Assembly (NCBI GenBank): GCA_008932965.1
Contig: WBXG01000022.1
Location: 1-25,775 of the forward strand
Direction of reading: 5' to 3'
Origin: Verrucomicrobiota bacterium
GTDB lineage: Bacteria; Verrucomicrobiota; Verrucomicrobiia; Chthoniobacterales; UBA6821
Length of the DNA: 25,775 bases
Shown: in pieces, positions 1-8,514 of the stretch
How the letters are laid out: every line of letters begins with the position of its first letter
Position numbering within the stretch: the stretch's first letter is position 1
Program-made: the position numbers and the translations under genes
Notes under the pieces: generated by a model
What the model saw: only the letters and a program-made list of their open reading frames with translations
The model's database searches: none
Told to the model about the DNA's origin: nothing

Positions 1-57
1 GCAGTGATGAAAATCAGTGAGAGAAATGATCGTCCAAATGAAGTTCGCTTCATCTGA
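1..57 (+). CDS. Possible 3' end of a gene that starts left of the window (partial, product unknown)
   Basis: Only frame 1 is open from nt 1 to a TGA at 55-57. Frames 2 and 3 stop at 5-7 and 18-20. A strong hairpin terminator follows at 88-126. Confidence 0.3.
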   Translation, partial: AVMKISERNDRPNEVRFI

Positions 58-87
58 CAGAATCCGGCTTATCGCTAACGCACTCTA

Positions 88-126
88 ACGGGAGTGATTT
101 TGAAAAAAGTCACTCCCGTCCTTTTC
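88..126 (+). terminator. Rho-independent-type terminator hairpin
   Basis: ACGGGAGTGATTTT (88-101) pairs with AAAGTCACTCCCGT (106-119). That gives a 14-bp stem with one G-U pair and a GAAA tetraloop, followed by CCTTTTC. The T-run is only 4 nt. Confidence 0.5.
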
Positions 127-160
127 ATCATCAAAACAGATGAATCAATCAAAATCATTA

Positions 161-340
161 ACCCGCATATTTCATACTGAATCGTCATGAGGCGCCGTGC
201 AAAGCTTATTAGTACAAGGAGGGCGAAGGATTGGGATGCCGGGCTGTATGTCTCATACTGCCCGAGGAAGACTTCGAGCTCAACGCATCATCCATCTGGC
301 TTCCCGGCTTCCGTTGTAGATCAGTATGAAATATGAGGGT
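161..340 (+). mobile_element. MITE-like repeat, copy A (180 bp, complete)
   Basis: Terminal inverted repeats are ACCCGCATATTTCATACTGA (161-180) and TCAGTATGAAATATGAGGGT (321-340). TA flanks both ends (159-160 and 341-342). The interior matches copies at 21342-21523 and 10935-11113. It holds no ORF. Confidence 0.8.
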
Positions 341-2897
341 TAGAACAAGCCCAACTAATGAGCTTCAACTCATGAGCCTGTAGCAAATAGGGATGGCTAG
401 GGATAACACGTACGTTCAAGCCGTAAGTACCACTCTCAGCTGCAGGAATTGTTGCAGCGTAGCGAAACACTCCCTCCGAAACAATCTCCTCAACCATCAT
501 TTCTTGAAGATGAGGAATGACCACCTTGTTTTTTTCTAGTGAACCAAAGTAGGTTTGGACCTGGACATCAGCAGGGCGAATTGAGCCTAGATGGACTAAT
601 GCATGAATTACAACATTTTCACCGACAAAGAAATCGTGGTGGCTTTCTTGATGAGCAATTCCATAATCAATGATCTTAATGTGAGACCAAAGCGAGGTCA
701 TTTTATTTTTCCAATGGCTGAGTTCATGAGCAGCTTTAAAATGATCCTGTTCCATTAAAGCGTAACCATGTGCCGCTGGTTCATAAAGCGTGGTGTTATA
801 TTCTTGAACCATACGATGGGTATTAAAAAGTGGAACTACAGTACGCATCGACTCCCGCATCGCTTGAATCCAAGCAAGTGGCAATCTTCCATCAGGCTTT
901 GCGTAATAGAGTGGCACAATCTGATTTTCGAGCAGACTAAAGAGGCTCGCGATATCTCCTTCATCCTGTTCTTCCTCAGTTCCACCAACCATATCACTAC
1001 CGATGGCCCAACCATTTTTTCCATTATAACTTTCCAACCACCAGCCATCTAAAACACTGAGATTGATACCACCATTAAGCGGAAGCTTCATTCCACTTGT
1101 GCCACTTGCCTCATAAGGGCGCAAAGGATTGTTCAGCCAGAGGTCACACCCTTGATAGAGTCGACGCCCAACATTGATGTCATAATCTTCCACAAAAATA
1201 ATACGATTTTCAAAAAGAGGATCGCGTGAATGGTTATAAACTTCTTGAATGATCTTTTTTCCTTCTTCATCAGCAGGGTGTGCTTTTCCAGCAAAAATAA
1301 ATTGCACAGGATGCTCCTTGTTAGTGACCAGACGTCGTAACCGCTCGGGATCGGTGAAGAGAAGAGCCCCTCTCTTGTAGGTTGCAAAACGTCTTGCAAA
1401 ACCAATCATCAAAACATCTCCATTGAGAAGATGATTCACTTCTCGAATGGTATCGGGAGGTTCTCCATTGCGAATACGTTGAGCTCGGACACGTTCACGC
1501 ATAAATTCAATGGTGCGATGCTTGAGAACTTGATGAAGATCCCATAGAACAGCATCTGGAATGTCGATCACCCCTCGCCAAAACTCCATATCGCTTTGTC
1601 GATCTTCCCAGTTTTTTCCAAGATATTTTTCGTAAAGATCATGAAACTCTCCAGCAGCCCAGGTCTTGGCATGCACTCCGTTAGTAATACTTATAATGGG
1701 AACTTCACTCACGGGAATATCCTTCCAAAGATCTTGCCACAAACCACGACTTACAGTGCCATGTAATTTACTAACACCATTGGCAAACCGGCTTGTTTTA
1801 AGAGCTAGCACGGTCATGCTAAAGAGGGCCTTAGGATCTGTTTCCATCTCTCCTAAGTGCATAAATTGATGCCACGAAATACCAACCTCTTCTGGGTAAT
1901 GTCCAAAGTAGGCCCTCATGAGCTCTTCACTGAAGGCATCATTCCCTGCAGGAACAGGGGTGTGAGTCGTAAAAATATTAGAAGCAGCAACGACTTGAAA
2001 TGCTGAAGAGAAATCGATCTCATTTTCTTTATTACGCACTAAGTCGCGAATTCTTTCTAACGAGAGAAAAGCAGAATGCCCTTCATTCATATGATAGACT
2101 TTAGGATGAATCCCAAGAGCCTTGAGGAGCTTCACCCCCCCCATCCCAAGAACGATTTCTTGTTGAATACGGAGTTCATTATTGCCTCCATAGAGTGTGG
2201 CTGAAATATGTTGATCTGTCGGTTTATTTTCAGGAATTGTTGTATCTAGTAAATAAATTTTAATACGCCCAAGTGCTATCTGCCAAACACGGGCAATTAC
2301 AAGGCGCCCCGGAAGAGGAATGCTTATTTTTAAGGGTTCATTATTGATTTTAACTTCCGTGATAGGAAGATAGTGAAAGACTTGGTTCAACTCCTTAGCC
2401 TCTTGCCATCCATGGCTATTGATCTGCTGCTTGAAATAACCATCACGATAGAGAAGCCCTACTGCTGTGAAATCCAACCCAAGATCTGAAGCCGACTTAC
2501 AATGATCTCCAGATAGAATCCCAAGCCCGCCAGAATAGTTAGGAAAGGACTCATGCAAACCATATTCAGCCGAAAAATAAGCGATAGAAGGATTTGATCT
2601 GGTAGAGGCATAGGTATCTTTACGAGAAAGATAATTATGAAAAGCAGTAATGACTTGTTTTAACTCTTTCAAGTAATGTTCATCCTGGCTGATCTCAATA
2701 AGTCGTGACTGACGGCAGAGCTGAAGCATTCGCACCGGGTTATGATTCGTCTCCTCCCATAAAGGAACATCTAGATCACGAAAAAGACGCCGCGCTGTTG
2801 GCTCCCAGCTCCACCACATATTATAAGCTAATTCTCGAAGAGGCTCGATTGACGAGGGGAGCTTTGGAATGACATTAAAGGTAACAAGTGGATTCAT
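321..2897 (-). CDS. glgP: Alpha-glucan (glycogen/maltodextrin) phosphorylase, GT35, long bacterial 'alpha-glucan family' type
   Basis: 858-aa ORF with the GT35 PLP-lysine signature EASGTSGMK and the motifs NEGHSAF and GGLGxLxGD. The last six codons and the stop lie inside the TIR of repeat copy A. Confidence 0.9.
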   Translation of the reverse strand: MNPLVTFNVIPKLPSSIEPLRELAYNMWWSWEPTARRLFRDLDVPLWEETNHNPVRMLQLCRQSRLIEISQDEHYLKELKQVITAFHNYLSRKDTYASTRSNPSIAYFSAEYGLHESFPNYSGGLGILSGDHCKSASDLGLDFTAVGLLYRDGYFKQQINSHGWQEAKELNQVFHYLPITEVKINNEPLKISIPLPGRLVIARVWQIALGRIKIYLLDTTIPENKPTDQHISATLYGGNNELRIQQEIVLGMGGVKLLKALGIHPKVYHMNEGHSAFLSLERIRDLVRNKENEIDFSSAFQVVAASNIFTTHTPVPAGNDAFSEELMRAYFGHYPEEVGISWHQFMHLGEMETDPKALFSMTVLALKTSRFANGVSKLHGTVSRGLWQDLWKDIPVSEVPIISITNGVHAKTWAAGEFHDLYEKYLGKNWEDRQSDMEFWRGVIDIPDAVLWDLHQVLKHRTIEFMRERVRAQRIRNGEPPDTIREVNHLLNGDVLMIGFARRFATYKRGALLFTDPERLRRLVTNKEHPVQFIFAGKAHPADEEGKKIIQEVYNHSRDPLFENRIIFVEDYDINVGRRLYQGCDLWLNNPLRPYEASGTSGMKLPLNGGINLSVLDGWWLESYNGKNGWAIGSDMVGGTEEEQDEGDIASLFSLLENQIVPLYYAKPDGRLPLAWIQAMRESMRTVVPLFNTHRMVQEYNTTLYEPAAHGYALMEQDHFKAAHELSHWKNKMTSLWSHIKIIDYGIAHQESHHDFFVGENVVIHALVHLGSIRPADVQVQTYFGSLEKNKVVIPHLQEMMVEEIVSEGVFRYAATIPAAESGTYGLNVRVIPSHPYLLQAHELKLISWACSNPHISY

Positions 2898-2923
2898 GGT
2901 TTTTTTGTGATTGTTTTATATTA

Positions 2924-3057
2924 ACACACCGGTCTACTACGGAAGCAGAGAAGTCGGATCGATACTTTGTTGAGCCCGAAGTTTTCCATGGGCAGTAGGG
3001 ACTCCAACAGCAGTCGTCAGACTTCTTCACGTTTCTTATCCCATCAGATATTCGGGT
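2924..3057 (-). mobile_element. MITE-like repeat, copy R (inverted orientation, decayed relic)
   Basis: Its reverse complement aligns with copy C and the right half of copy B (GAAGTCTGACGAC..., GGAGTCCCTACTGCCC..., CTTCCGTAGTAGACCGGTGTG). One TIR is truncated at GGTGTG. The other carries an internal deletion (ACCCGAATAT/CTGATGG). TA follows at 3058-3059. Confidence 0.65.
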
Positions 3058-3246
3058 TAAGAAACGCTCCCACGAGAGTTTATTTTTGAAAAAATTTTTT
3101 TAACAAATCTATTATTTTATAATTTTTTATTTTTGGAGATCGTAGGAGTATGAACCATTCAGGCTAGAAGATAACTTAAAAAACAAAATGATTTTCATTT
3201 TTTGATCGACTAGTGTGTTAATCAAAAGCATTCTACTTGGCTCTTA

Positions 3247-3277
3247 TTGTTCATAAATTTCACATAATCTTTATAAA
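3247..3277 (+). promoter_or_regulatory. Candidate sigma70-type promoter for tRNA-Tyr
   Basis: TTGTTC (3247-3252) lies 18-19 nt upstream of TTATAA/TATAAA (3271-3277), about 14 nt before the tRNA 5' end, in a very AT-rich spacer. This is pattern match only. Confidence 0.25.
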
Positions 3278-3290
3278 ACAATTTTAACAA

Positions 3291-3372
3291 GGGTAGGTAC
3301 CGAAGCGGTCAAACGGGGTGGACTGTAAATCCACTGGCTTAGCCTTCAAAGGTTCGAATCCTTTCCTGCCCA
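3291..3372 (+). tRNA. tRNA-Tyr (GTA anticodon), long variable arm, CCA not encoded
   Basis: Acceptor stem GGGTAGG/CCTGCCC with one G-U pair. Anticodon loop is CTGTAAA. It has a long extra arm and the T-loop GGTTCGAATCC. Confidence 0.9.
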
Positions 3373-3509
3373 GTTTATACCTGGTGATGCTCAAGCCAAG
3401 TCATCAATGCACTCTCCTTCAGTTATCAAGGAACTCGCAGCTCTAAGGAGCATAGTGATATGCTCTCCTCCATTGAAAAGGGGATAATTAAAAACGCTGA
3501 AATTTTTTA

Positions 3510-3792
3510 ACCCGAATATTTCATACTGATTGTGACAAGGAGGCCTCGAAAGGCTGATGGAGAACCACCGGCGGTCGGGAGACCGCAGGGGGAGACACTA
3601 CCACTGCCCTGCCCTATATCTTTAATCAGCTCTGAAAGGGCGAGATGAGCGGGAGCGAGCTAGTCAACGCAGACTACGTATTTTAAAGCAGAGCTGTGGG
3701 AGTCCCTACCGCCCAAGTCAAAATGGGAGTCTAACGCAGCATCAACTCTTGCTTCCCGGCTTTCTTAGGTGATCGATATGAAATATGTGGGT
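3510..3792 (+). mobile_element. MITE-like repeat, copy B (283 bp, enlarged variant)
   Basis: TIRs are ACCCGAATATTTCATACTGA (3510-3529) and TCGATATGAAATATGTGGGT (3773-3792). TA flanks both ends (3508-3509 and 3793-3794). It carries about 100 bp of extra central sequence compared with the 180-bp copies. Confidence 0.8.
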
Positions 3793-3867
3793 TATCACCC
3801 AGAGGCTTCCCTAATTCAAAAGGCCATTAGTCTGAAAGATCAGGGCCAGGCTCTGTGGCCTTCAGTA

Positions 3868-4323
3868 TTAAATGCGCTCTTCTTCGATATCATAGACATC
3901 GAAAAAAGAATAGACGGGACGATTCCGAGGAAGATACTTAGGAATATATTCCTCCATGTATTCTTGAAGATGATCTGGAAGCTCACTCATTCTTTTTCCA
4001 CGTAGATCATTGTTCCAACGAATGATTTCAATGGTTGGACGCAATGTTGAGTTAGTGGCAATCCATAGAGCGATCTCATCATCAGTAGCACCTGTTGCTA
4101 CAAATGCTTTAAATGAGTCATAGGAAATTCCTGCAAACTCTAGAAACATCATGTCTAAGGGACAACCAGAATGATAGTCACCTGAACAACCTACAATGAC
4201 CGAACGACATTTATCAACAGCACGAGCTGCAAGAACATAGCCAGCTAATGTTTCCCTCGGACTACGAGGAAATTCCTTGGAAAGATCTTTTGAAATGAGT
4301 TTGGTCTTTTCTATGGAATCCAT
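3868..4323 (-). CDS. DUF5069-like conserved hypothetical protein
   Basis: 151-aa ORF. Its N-terminal pattern PRSPRETLAGYVLAARAVDKCR resembles the DUF5069 family as I remember it. It starts 7 nt after the rpsT stop, so it is probably co-transcribed. Confidence 0.6.
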   Translation of the reverse strand: MDSIEKTKLISKDLSKEFPRSPRETLAGYVLAARAVDKCRSVIVGCSGDYHSGCPLDMMFLEFAGISYDSFKAFVATGATDDEIALWIATNSTLRPTIEIIRWNNDLRGKRMSELPDHLQEYMEEYIPKYLPRNRPVYSFFDVYDIEEERI

Positions 4324-4329
4324 AGAATT

Positions 4330-4722
4330 TTATTTTTTGGACTTAGATTTAATTTTGGCCCTGGCTCGGGATTTTTCTTTGGCACTCTCACCTCGAGCAG
4401 CTTTTACTTTCTTTACTAATTTTACCGGAGCAGCGGCACCAGGAGTCACTCTTGCATTAAAAAGACTTTTCTTACGAGCTGCTTTATTTTTGTGAAGCAC
4501 CCCTTTTTTGACAGCTTTATCGAGCATGCTGGAGAGTTGTTCAAAAACTTTTTTTAATTCGTCTGCCTCTCCTCCAAGGGCTTTAAGGACTTTTTTCTCC
4601 ATCGTTTTGAGACTTGTAGCAACACTGACATTACGTTCATGACGTACCGCCCCTTGTTTAGCACGTTTGGTTGCAGAGTCGCTTTTTTTGGGAGCTGTTT
4701 TAGAAGTATTAGATGATGCCAT
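4330..4722 (-). CDS. rpsT: 30S ribosomal protein S20 with N- and C-terminal basic extensions
   Basis: The S20-like core is TKRAKQGAVRHERNVSVATSLKTMEKKV...KGVLHKNKAARKKS. At 130 aa it is longer than typical S20 proteins, with a lysine-rich tail. Confidence 0.8.
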   Translation of the reverse strand: MASSNTSKTAPKKSDSATKRAKQGAVRHERNVSVATSLKTMEKKVLKALGGEADELKKVFEQLSSMLDKAVKKGVLHKNKAARKKSLFNARVTPGAAAPVKLVKKVKAARGESAKEKSRARAKIKSKSKK

Positions 4723-4829
4723 GATGGATGCTCGTTGATTGAATAATGTGTAGGTAAACTAGTGAAAGTAGGTGAAGCGTTATTGAACAGAATAGGAGAG
4801 GTTCCGTCGATAACTAACCATAGGAATCC

Positions 4830-4901
4830 TGCCAAGGGGGAGAATTGAACTCCCGACCAAGGGCTTATGAGTCCCCTGCTCTACCTCTGAGCTACCTTGG
4901 C
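4830..4901 (-). tRNA. tRNA with CAT anticodon (Met, or Ile2 read via lysidine), CCA not encoded
   Basis: The reverse complement is GCCAAGG-TA-GCTC-AGAGGTA-GAGC-A-GGGGA-CTCATAA-GCCCT-TGGTC-GGGAG-TTCAATT-CTCCC-CCTTGGC-A. The anticodon arm and variable region (GACTCATAA...CTTGGTC) resemble E. coli tRNA-Ile2 as I remember it. Confidence 0.8.
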
Positions 4902-4991
4902 ATTGAAGAGATGGGAAAGTAACATAGAGCTTGCGGGAGCGGAAGTGATTTTTATAAAAAATTGTTTCACGCCAGTTACCTTATAATTTTT

Positions 4992-5037
4992 GACGCTGGA
5001 GGGCTGAGAAGGCTGATGGGGGTGAAATATCCAGGCT
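4992..5037 (+). repeat. MITE-like repeat fragment H (internally deleted derivative)
   Basis: GACGCTGGAGGGCTGAGAAGGCTGATGGGGG matches the left subterminal arm of copies C and D. It joins directly to a right-TIR-like GTGAAATATCCAGGCT. There is no clear left TIR or TA flank. Confidence 0.4.
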
Positions 5038-5058
5038 CGGTATTTTCTGGAAAAAATT

Positions 5059-6594
5059 TTACAATGGAAGCATTTGATAATTTTTACACTCGTAAATAAT
5101 AAGGTGCTCACGTTGCTTGCCTCGTTGTAATGTTGCCTCACTTACAGGAGTAACGCTGGAGAAAGCACCAGAGATCGTCTCTGGGAGATCTTCAAGTAAT
5201 TCTGTTGTGATGTAGAGAGCTTGATGACCAATGAAGGGACTTGTTTTTGGTTCTTCCGTATAAAGTGGATCGATCACCCCTGAAGCTACTGCATCTGCAT
5301 AATGAGGCCACAACTGAAACTGGCTAGAGAAGGAGGGAGATTCTGGGGTGAAAACAGAAGGAGCTCCCTCAAGCTCAGAATAATGAATAGGAAGGAGGGC
5401 TCCTAAAAGAGAGGCGAGCTCTGGGGTCTGAGCAACAATAAAAGAGGGAGCAGAAGCTGCATTAGGATTAGTGGCAGCATCTTTTTCCAGCGCTCGCAAA
5501 CGAAGTAATTCTACAGCAACTTTTTGAACACCTCCTACCCCATGGTAGCTTGGAATCGACCAAGGCGAAGCGTTGTTAATAAAGGGAGCGATTTCCAAAA
5601 TCTGGAGTGCCGAAAAAATTGCTACCATAGAAAGCAGCACGAAACCATTTTTTGCTCTCCATTCTCTTTTAAGGAAAACGTCAACCACACTAGGAAGAAG
5701 CATCGCCCAAAGAACCAGCTGCAATCCGAATGAGGGGTTTTCATGTCCTACCCCCCCCAGACAAAACAAAAACGGAACGATTAATAAAAAAAGAAATGGG
5801 AGATTCTGTTTCTGATCTTTTTTTTCAGAAGAAAAAAGCAAATGACCCATGCTAAGAAAAGAGAATGTTAGTAGGAGCAAGAATTGCCAGAACCAAGGAG
5901 AAGATCGCACCATATCCCAGGAAGGAAAATCATAAGACCAAAAAGAACCCCATGTTATCTGACCCCACTGCAACCAGTCATGATGCATATTCCACCAAAT
6001 GGGCCCCACCCAGCTCAGGGCCAGTAGCAACAATGAAACTGTCATTCCCAGCCAGTCACACTTATTTTTTCTTAGAAGAAGGATTGCTAGGACTACTAGT
6101 AACAACCATCCCACCGAGTAGCTCACTTGAGTCGTCATTCCTAGGAGCAATCCATAAACGATCCAAGTAAAAAGACCTTTTTTATTATTACCAATTAAAA
6201 GCCAGCTCCACGAAAGTGTCGCGATCCAAAGAGTCGCTATAACCGTGGTTCCATCCATGATGAGAGCTGCTGAATTTGTTAGAGGAAGAAGATTCCATGC
6301 AAGCACACTCCAGAAGGCCACCCTCTCTCCATAAAGATTCCATGCAAGCCTCCAGAGAACAAAGGAGGCGAGCAACACAAGTAATGGAGATAGTAGTCTG
6401 ATACCCATTGGTGCAGATCCAGCGAGCCATGTGCTTAGTCTTATCAATGCTGGAACTCCAGCTGGTCCCTCTACAAAACCCCAGTCTAGACGTTGACCAC
6501 AAAGCAACAGGTATGCTTCAGTTCCATTTAAGAACCCTGTGGAAGCAAGAAGGAATCGACCTGCAGTTAATAGAGAAAGAATAATCCAGAGCAT
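5059..6594 (-). CDS. Polytopic GT-C glycosyltransferase (ArnT/PMT_2-like, GT39/GT83 type)
   Basis: 511-aa protein with many hydrophobic segments. The N-terminal loop motif TEAYLLLCGQRLDWGFVEGPAG resembles the (D/E)EAYY...WGY.D.PP loop of ArnT/PMT_2 enzymes. It is divergent from the ABC gene. Confidence 0.65.
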   Translation of the reverse strand: MLWIILSLLTAGRFLLASTGFLNGTEAYLLLCGQRLDWGFVEGPAGVPALIRLSTWLAGSAPMGIRLLSPLLVLLASFVLWRLAWNLYGERVAFWSVLAWNLLPLTNSAALIMDGTTVIATLWIATLSWSWLLIGNNKKGLFTWIVYGLLLGMTTQVSYSVGWLLLVVLAILLLRKNKCDWLGMTVSLLLLALSWVGPIWWNMHHDWLQWGQITWGSFWSYDFPSWDMVRSSPWFWQFLLLLTFSFLSMGHLLFSSEKKDQKQNLPFLFLLIVPFLFCLGGVGHENPSFGLQLVLWAMLLPSVVDVFLKREWRAKNGFVLLSMVAIFSALQILEIAPFINNASPWSIPSYHGVGGVQKVAVELLRLRALEKDAATNPNAASAPSFIVAQTPELASLLGALLPIHYSELEGAPSVFTPESPSFSSQFQLWPHYADAVASGVIDPLYTEEPKTSPFIGHQALYITTELLEDLPETISGAFSSVTPVSEATLQRGKQREHLIIYECKNYQMLPL

Positions 6595-6728
6595 AAGCGT
6601 CGCCTATCCTTACAACCGTTCCTTATGAGAAGCTATCATTTTTTAATAACCAGAGTAGGTCAAAAATGAGTCACACTTGAGTTTTATCTTTTTAAAAGGC
6701 AGAATCGTCCTTTTATCTGATTTTCCTC

Positions 6729-8507
6729 ATGACTCTCTATCTTCGTATTTTTCGTTATTTTCATCAATTTTTTTGGAAGACGCTTCTCTCCATTCTTCTG
6801 ATGACTGCAGGTGTGGGACTCAATTTGTTAAAGCCATGGCCATTCAAATATATCGTCGATGGAATTTTAGCCACGGAGGTCTCGGCCACAACGGCCTCGG
6901 CAAAAGCTTTTATGAGTACGTACTTGGGATGGACCTCACAAGTAGGAGCTGTGGTTTTTCTCTCAGCGACGCTCATTATTATCACACTACTATCGAGCCT
7001 CGTCACTCTTGTTACCAATATGCTTCTGCTTCGTATTGGCCTTCAAGGAACGTTAAAATTGCGCACCGATCTCTACAGTTGCCTGCAATCCTTGCCACTG
7101 AAGTATCATGATGCACGCCGCAGCAGCGATTCTTCTTACCGGGTTGCTTATGACTCACAATCAATTCAAACGATCTACAATAAAGGATTCTCAACCATCT
7201 TCAGCGCGCTCCTCATGTTAGTTGTCGCTTTTATCATCATGGTGAAGATGGATTGGAAACTGACCCTCATCTCACTTGTAGTACTTCCTCTTTTTGTGGT
7301 GAGCATGCGATATTATGCAGAGCGTATACGCAAAGAATCGACTTCGATTCAAGAGCGTGAGAGCGATCTCCTTGCAACAGCTCAAGAAGGTTTGAGCTCT
7401 ATAAGGATGATTCAATCCTTTGGTAGAGAAGCCTTCGAGGTCGATCAATTTCATCATCATGCCAAGCAAAGTTTAGAAGCCAACTTTCGCCTTAACATCA
7501 CCTCCACTCAAAGTGCCCTTGTAGTCGGCACCTTGATGGCACTGGGAACCTCCCTCATGTATGCGGTGGGGGCCCTACAGGTCTTACATTCGACACTCTC
7601 TCTTGGGGATCTCCTTGTGTTTGCCTCCTACCTCACGATGTTATATCAACCCATTGAGCAACTCACCTACACGGCATGGGCTCTTGAAGGAGCTGCAGCA
7701 GGGGCACAACGTTGCTTTGAAGTCCTTGATGAAAAAGAAGAAACTATCGATCTTCCAGAAGCAATTTCACTTAAACAGACCACAGGAGAAATTAGCTTCA
7801 CAGATGTTTCCTTCTCCTATACTCCAGCAAAAGCTGTTTTAAAAAATATTACTTTACTCATACCTCCTGGAGAGACAGTTGCTTTTGTTGGTGGCACAGG
7901 GACCGGCAAAAGCACTCTACTAAGTCTTATTCCGCGATTTTACGACCCCTGCAGTGGTCTTGTACGGATCGATGGACACGATCTTCGCACTCTGAGAAAA
8001 GAATCTGTTCGTCAACAAATCGGAATGGTCTTTCAAGAAACCGTTCTTTTTTCTTCTACCATTCATGAAAATATTGCCTATGGACGCGAAGGAGCCACTG
8101 ATGACGAAATCATCGAAGCAGCAAAACGCGCCAAAGCCTATGATTTCATTATGGGAATGCCTCATGGATTTGAAACTCATGTCGGAGAGCGTGGTGGACA
8201 CTTGAGTGTGGGCCAACGTCAACGCATCGGCATTGCCCGTGCTTTTCTTAAAAATGCACCTCTCCTGCTTCTCGATGAACCGACCTCAGCACTCGATCCA
8301 GAGACGGAAAAAGCCATCATGGAAACCATTTTTGAATTGATGCAAGGCCGCACGACCTTAATTGTTACCCACCGTATTTCAACAGTACATCGACTCAATC
8401 ATATTGTTGTTCTTAAAGAGGGTTCGATTTGCGAGCAAGGAAGTGGTGCTGAGCTACTGGCAGCAGGTGGAACCTATGCGCGTTTGTACAATGCAATGGG
8501 AAACTAA
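6729..8507 (+). CDS. ABC half-transporter, exporter type (MsbA/lipid-exporter-like, TMD-NBD fusion)
   Basis: 592 aa with an N-terminal six-helix-type TMD. Walker A is GGTGTGKST, the signature is LSVGQRQR and Walker B is LLLLDEPTSALD. Confidence 0.9.
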   Translation: MTLYLRIFRYFHQFFWKTLLSILLMTAGVGLNLLKPWPFKYIVDGILATEVSATTASAKAFMSTYLGWTSQVGAVVFLSATLIIITLLSSLVTLVTNMLLLRIGLQGTLKLRTDLYSCLQSLPLKYHDARRSSDSSYRVAYDSQSIQTIYNKGFSTIFSALLMLVVAFIIMVKMDWKLTLISLVVLPLFVVSMRYYAERIRKESTSIQERESDLLATAQEGLSSIRMIQSFGREAFEVDQFHHHAKQSLEANFRLNITSTQSALVVGTLMALGTSLMYAVGALQVLHSTLSLGDLLVFASYLTMLYQPIEQLTYTAWALEGAAAGAQRCFEVLDEKEETIDLPEAISLKQTTGEISFTDVSFSYTPAKAVLKNITLLIPPGETVAFVGGTGTGKSTLLSLIPRFYDPCSGLVRIDGHDLRTLRKESVRQQIGMVFQETVLFSSTIHENIAYGREGATDDEIIEAAKRAKAYDFIMGMPHGFETHVGERGGHLSVGQRQRIGIARAFLKNAPLLLLDEPTSALDPETEKAIMETIFELMQGRTTLIVTHRISTVHRLNHIVVLKEGSICEQGSGAELLAAGGTYARLYNAMGN

Positions 8508-8514
8508 TAACAGT

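Noticed and set aside
768-1869. Several 60-100-aa ORFs nested in or antisense to glgP, with similar nested ORFs inside the ABC, GT-like, SPT-like, asd, catalase, helicase and 753-aa genes
   Set aside because: All lie within much longer ORFs that have strong family motifs. None has independent evidence.
3446-3469. Hairpin AGGAGCATA-GTGA-TATGCT(CT)CCT downstream of tRNA-Tyr, considered as a terminator
   Set aside because: The stem is bulged and no T-tract follows. I do not call it a terminator, and it may be fortuitous.
3769-4005. 78-aa ORF on the + strand starting inside repeat copy B
   Set aside because: It begins within the element's TIR and runs antisense to the 3' end of the DUF5069-like gene. 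It has no recognisable features and is probably spurious.
4881-5141. 86-aa ORF on the minus strand between tRNA(CAT) and the GT-C gene
   Set aside because: It overlaps the tRNA, repeat fragment H and the 3' end of the GT-C gene. Its composition is low-complexity and it has no motif support.
8362-8514. Upstream extension of the first GT-B-like ORF (track start 8362)
   Set aside because: The extension overlaps the last 146 nt of the ABC transporter gene. ATG 8515 (MKKKKIIVLGF) matches the N-terminus of the paralog and follows the ABC stop by 7 nt.
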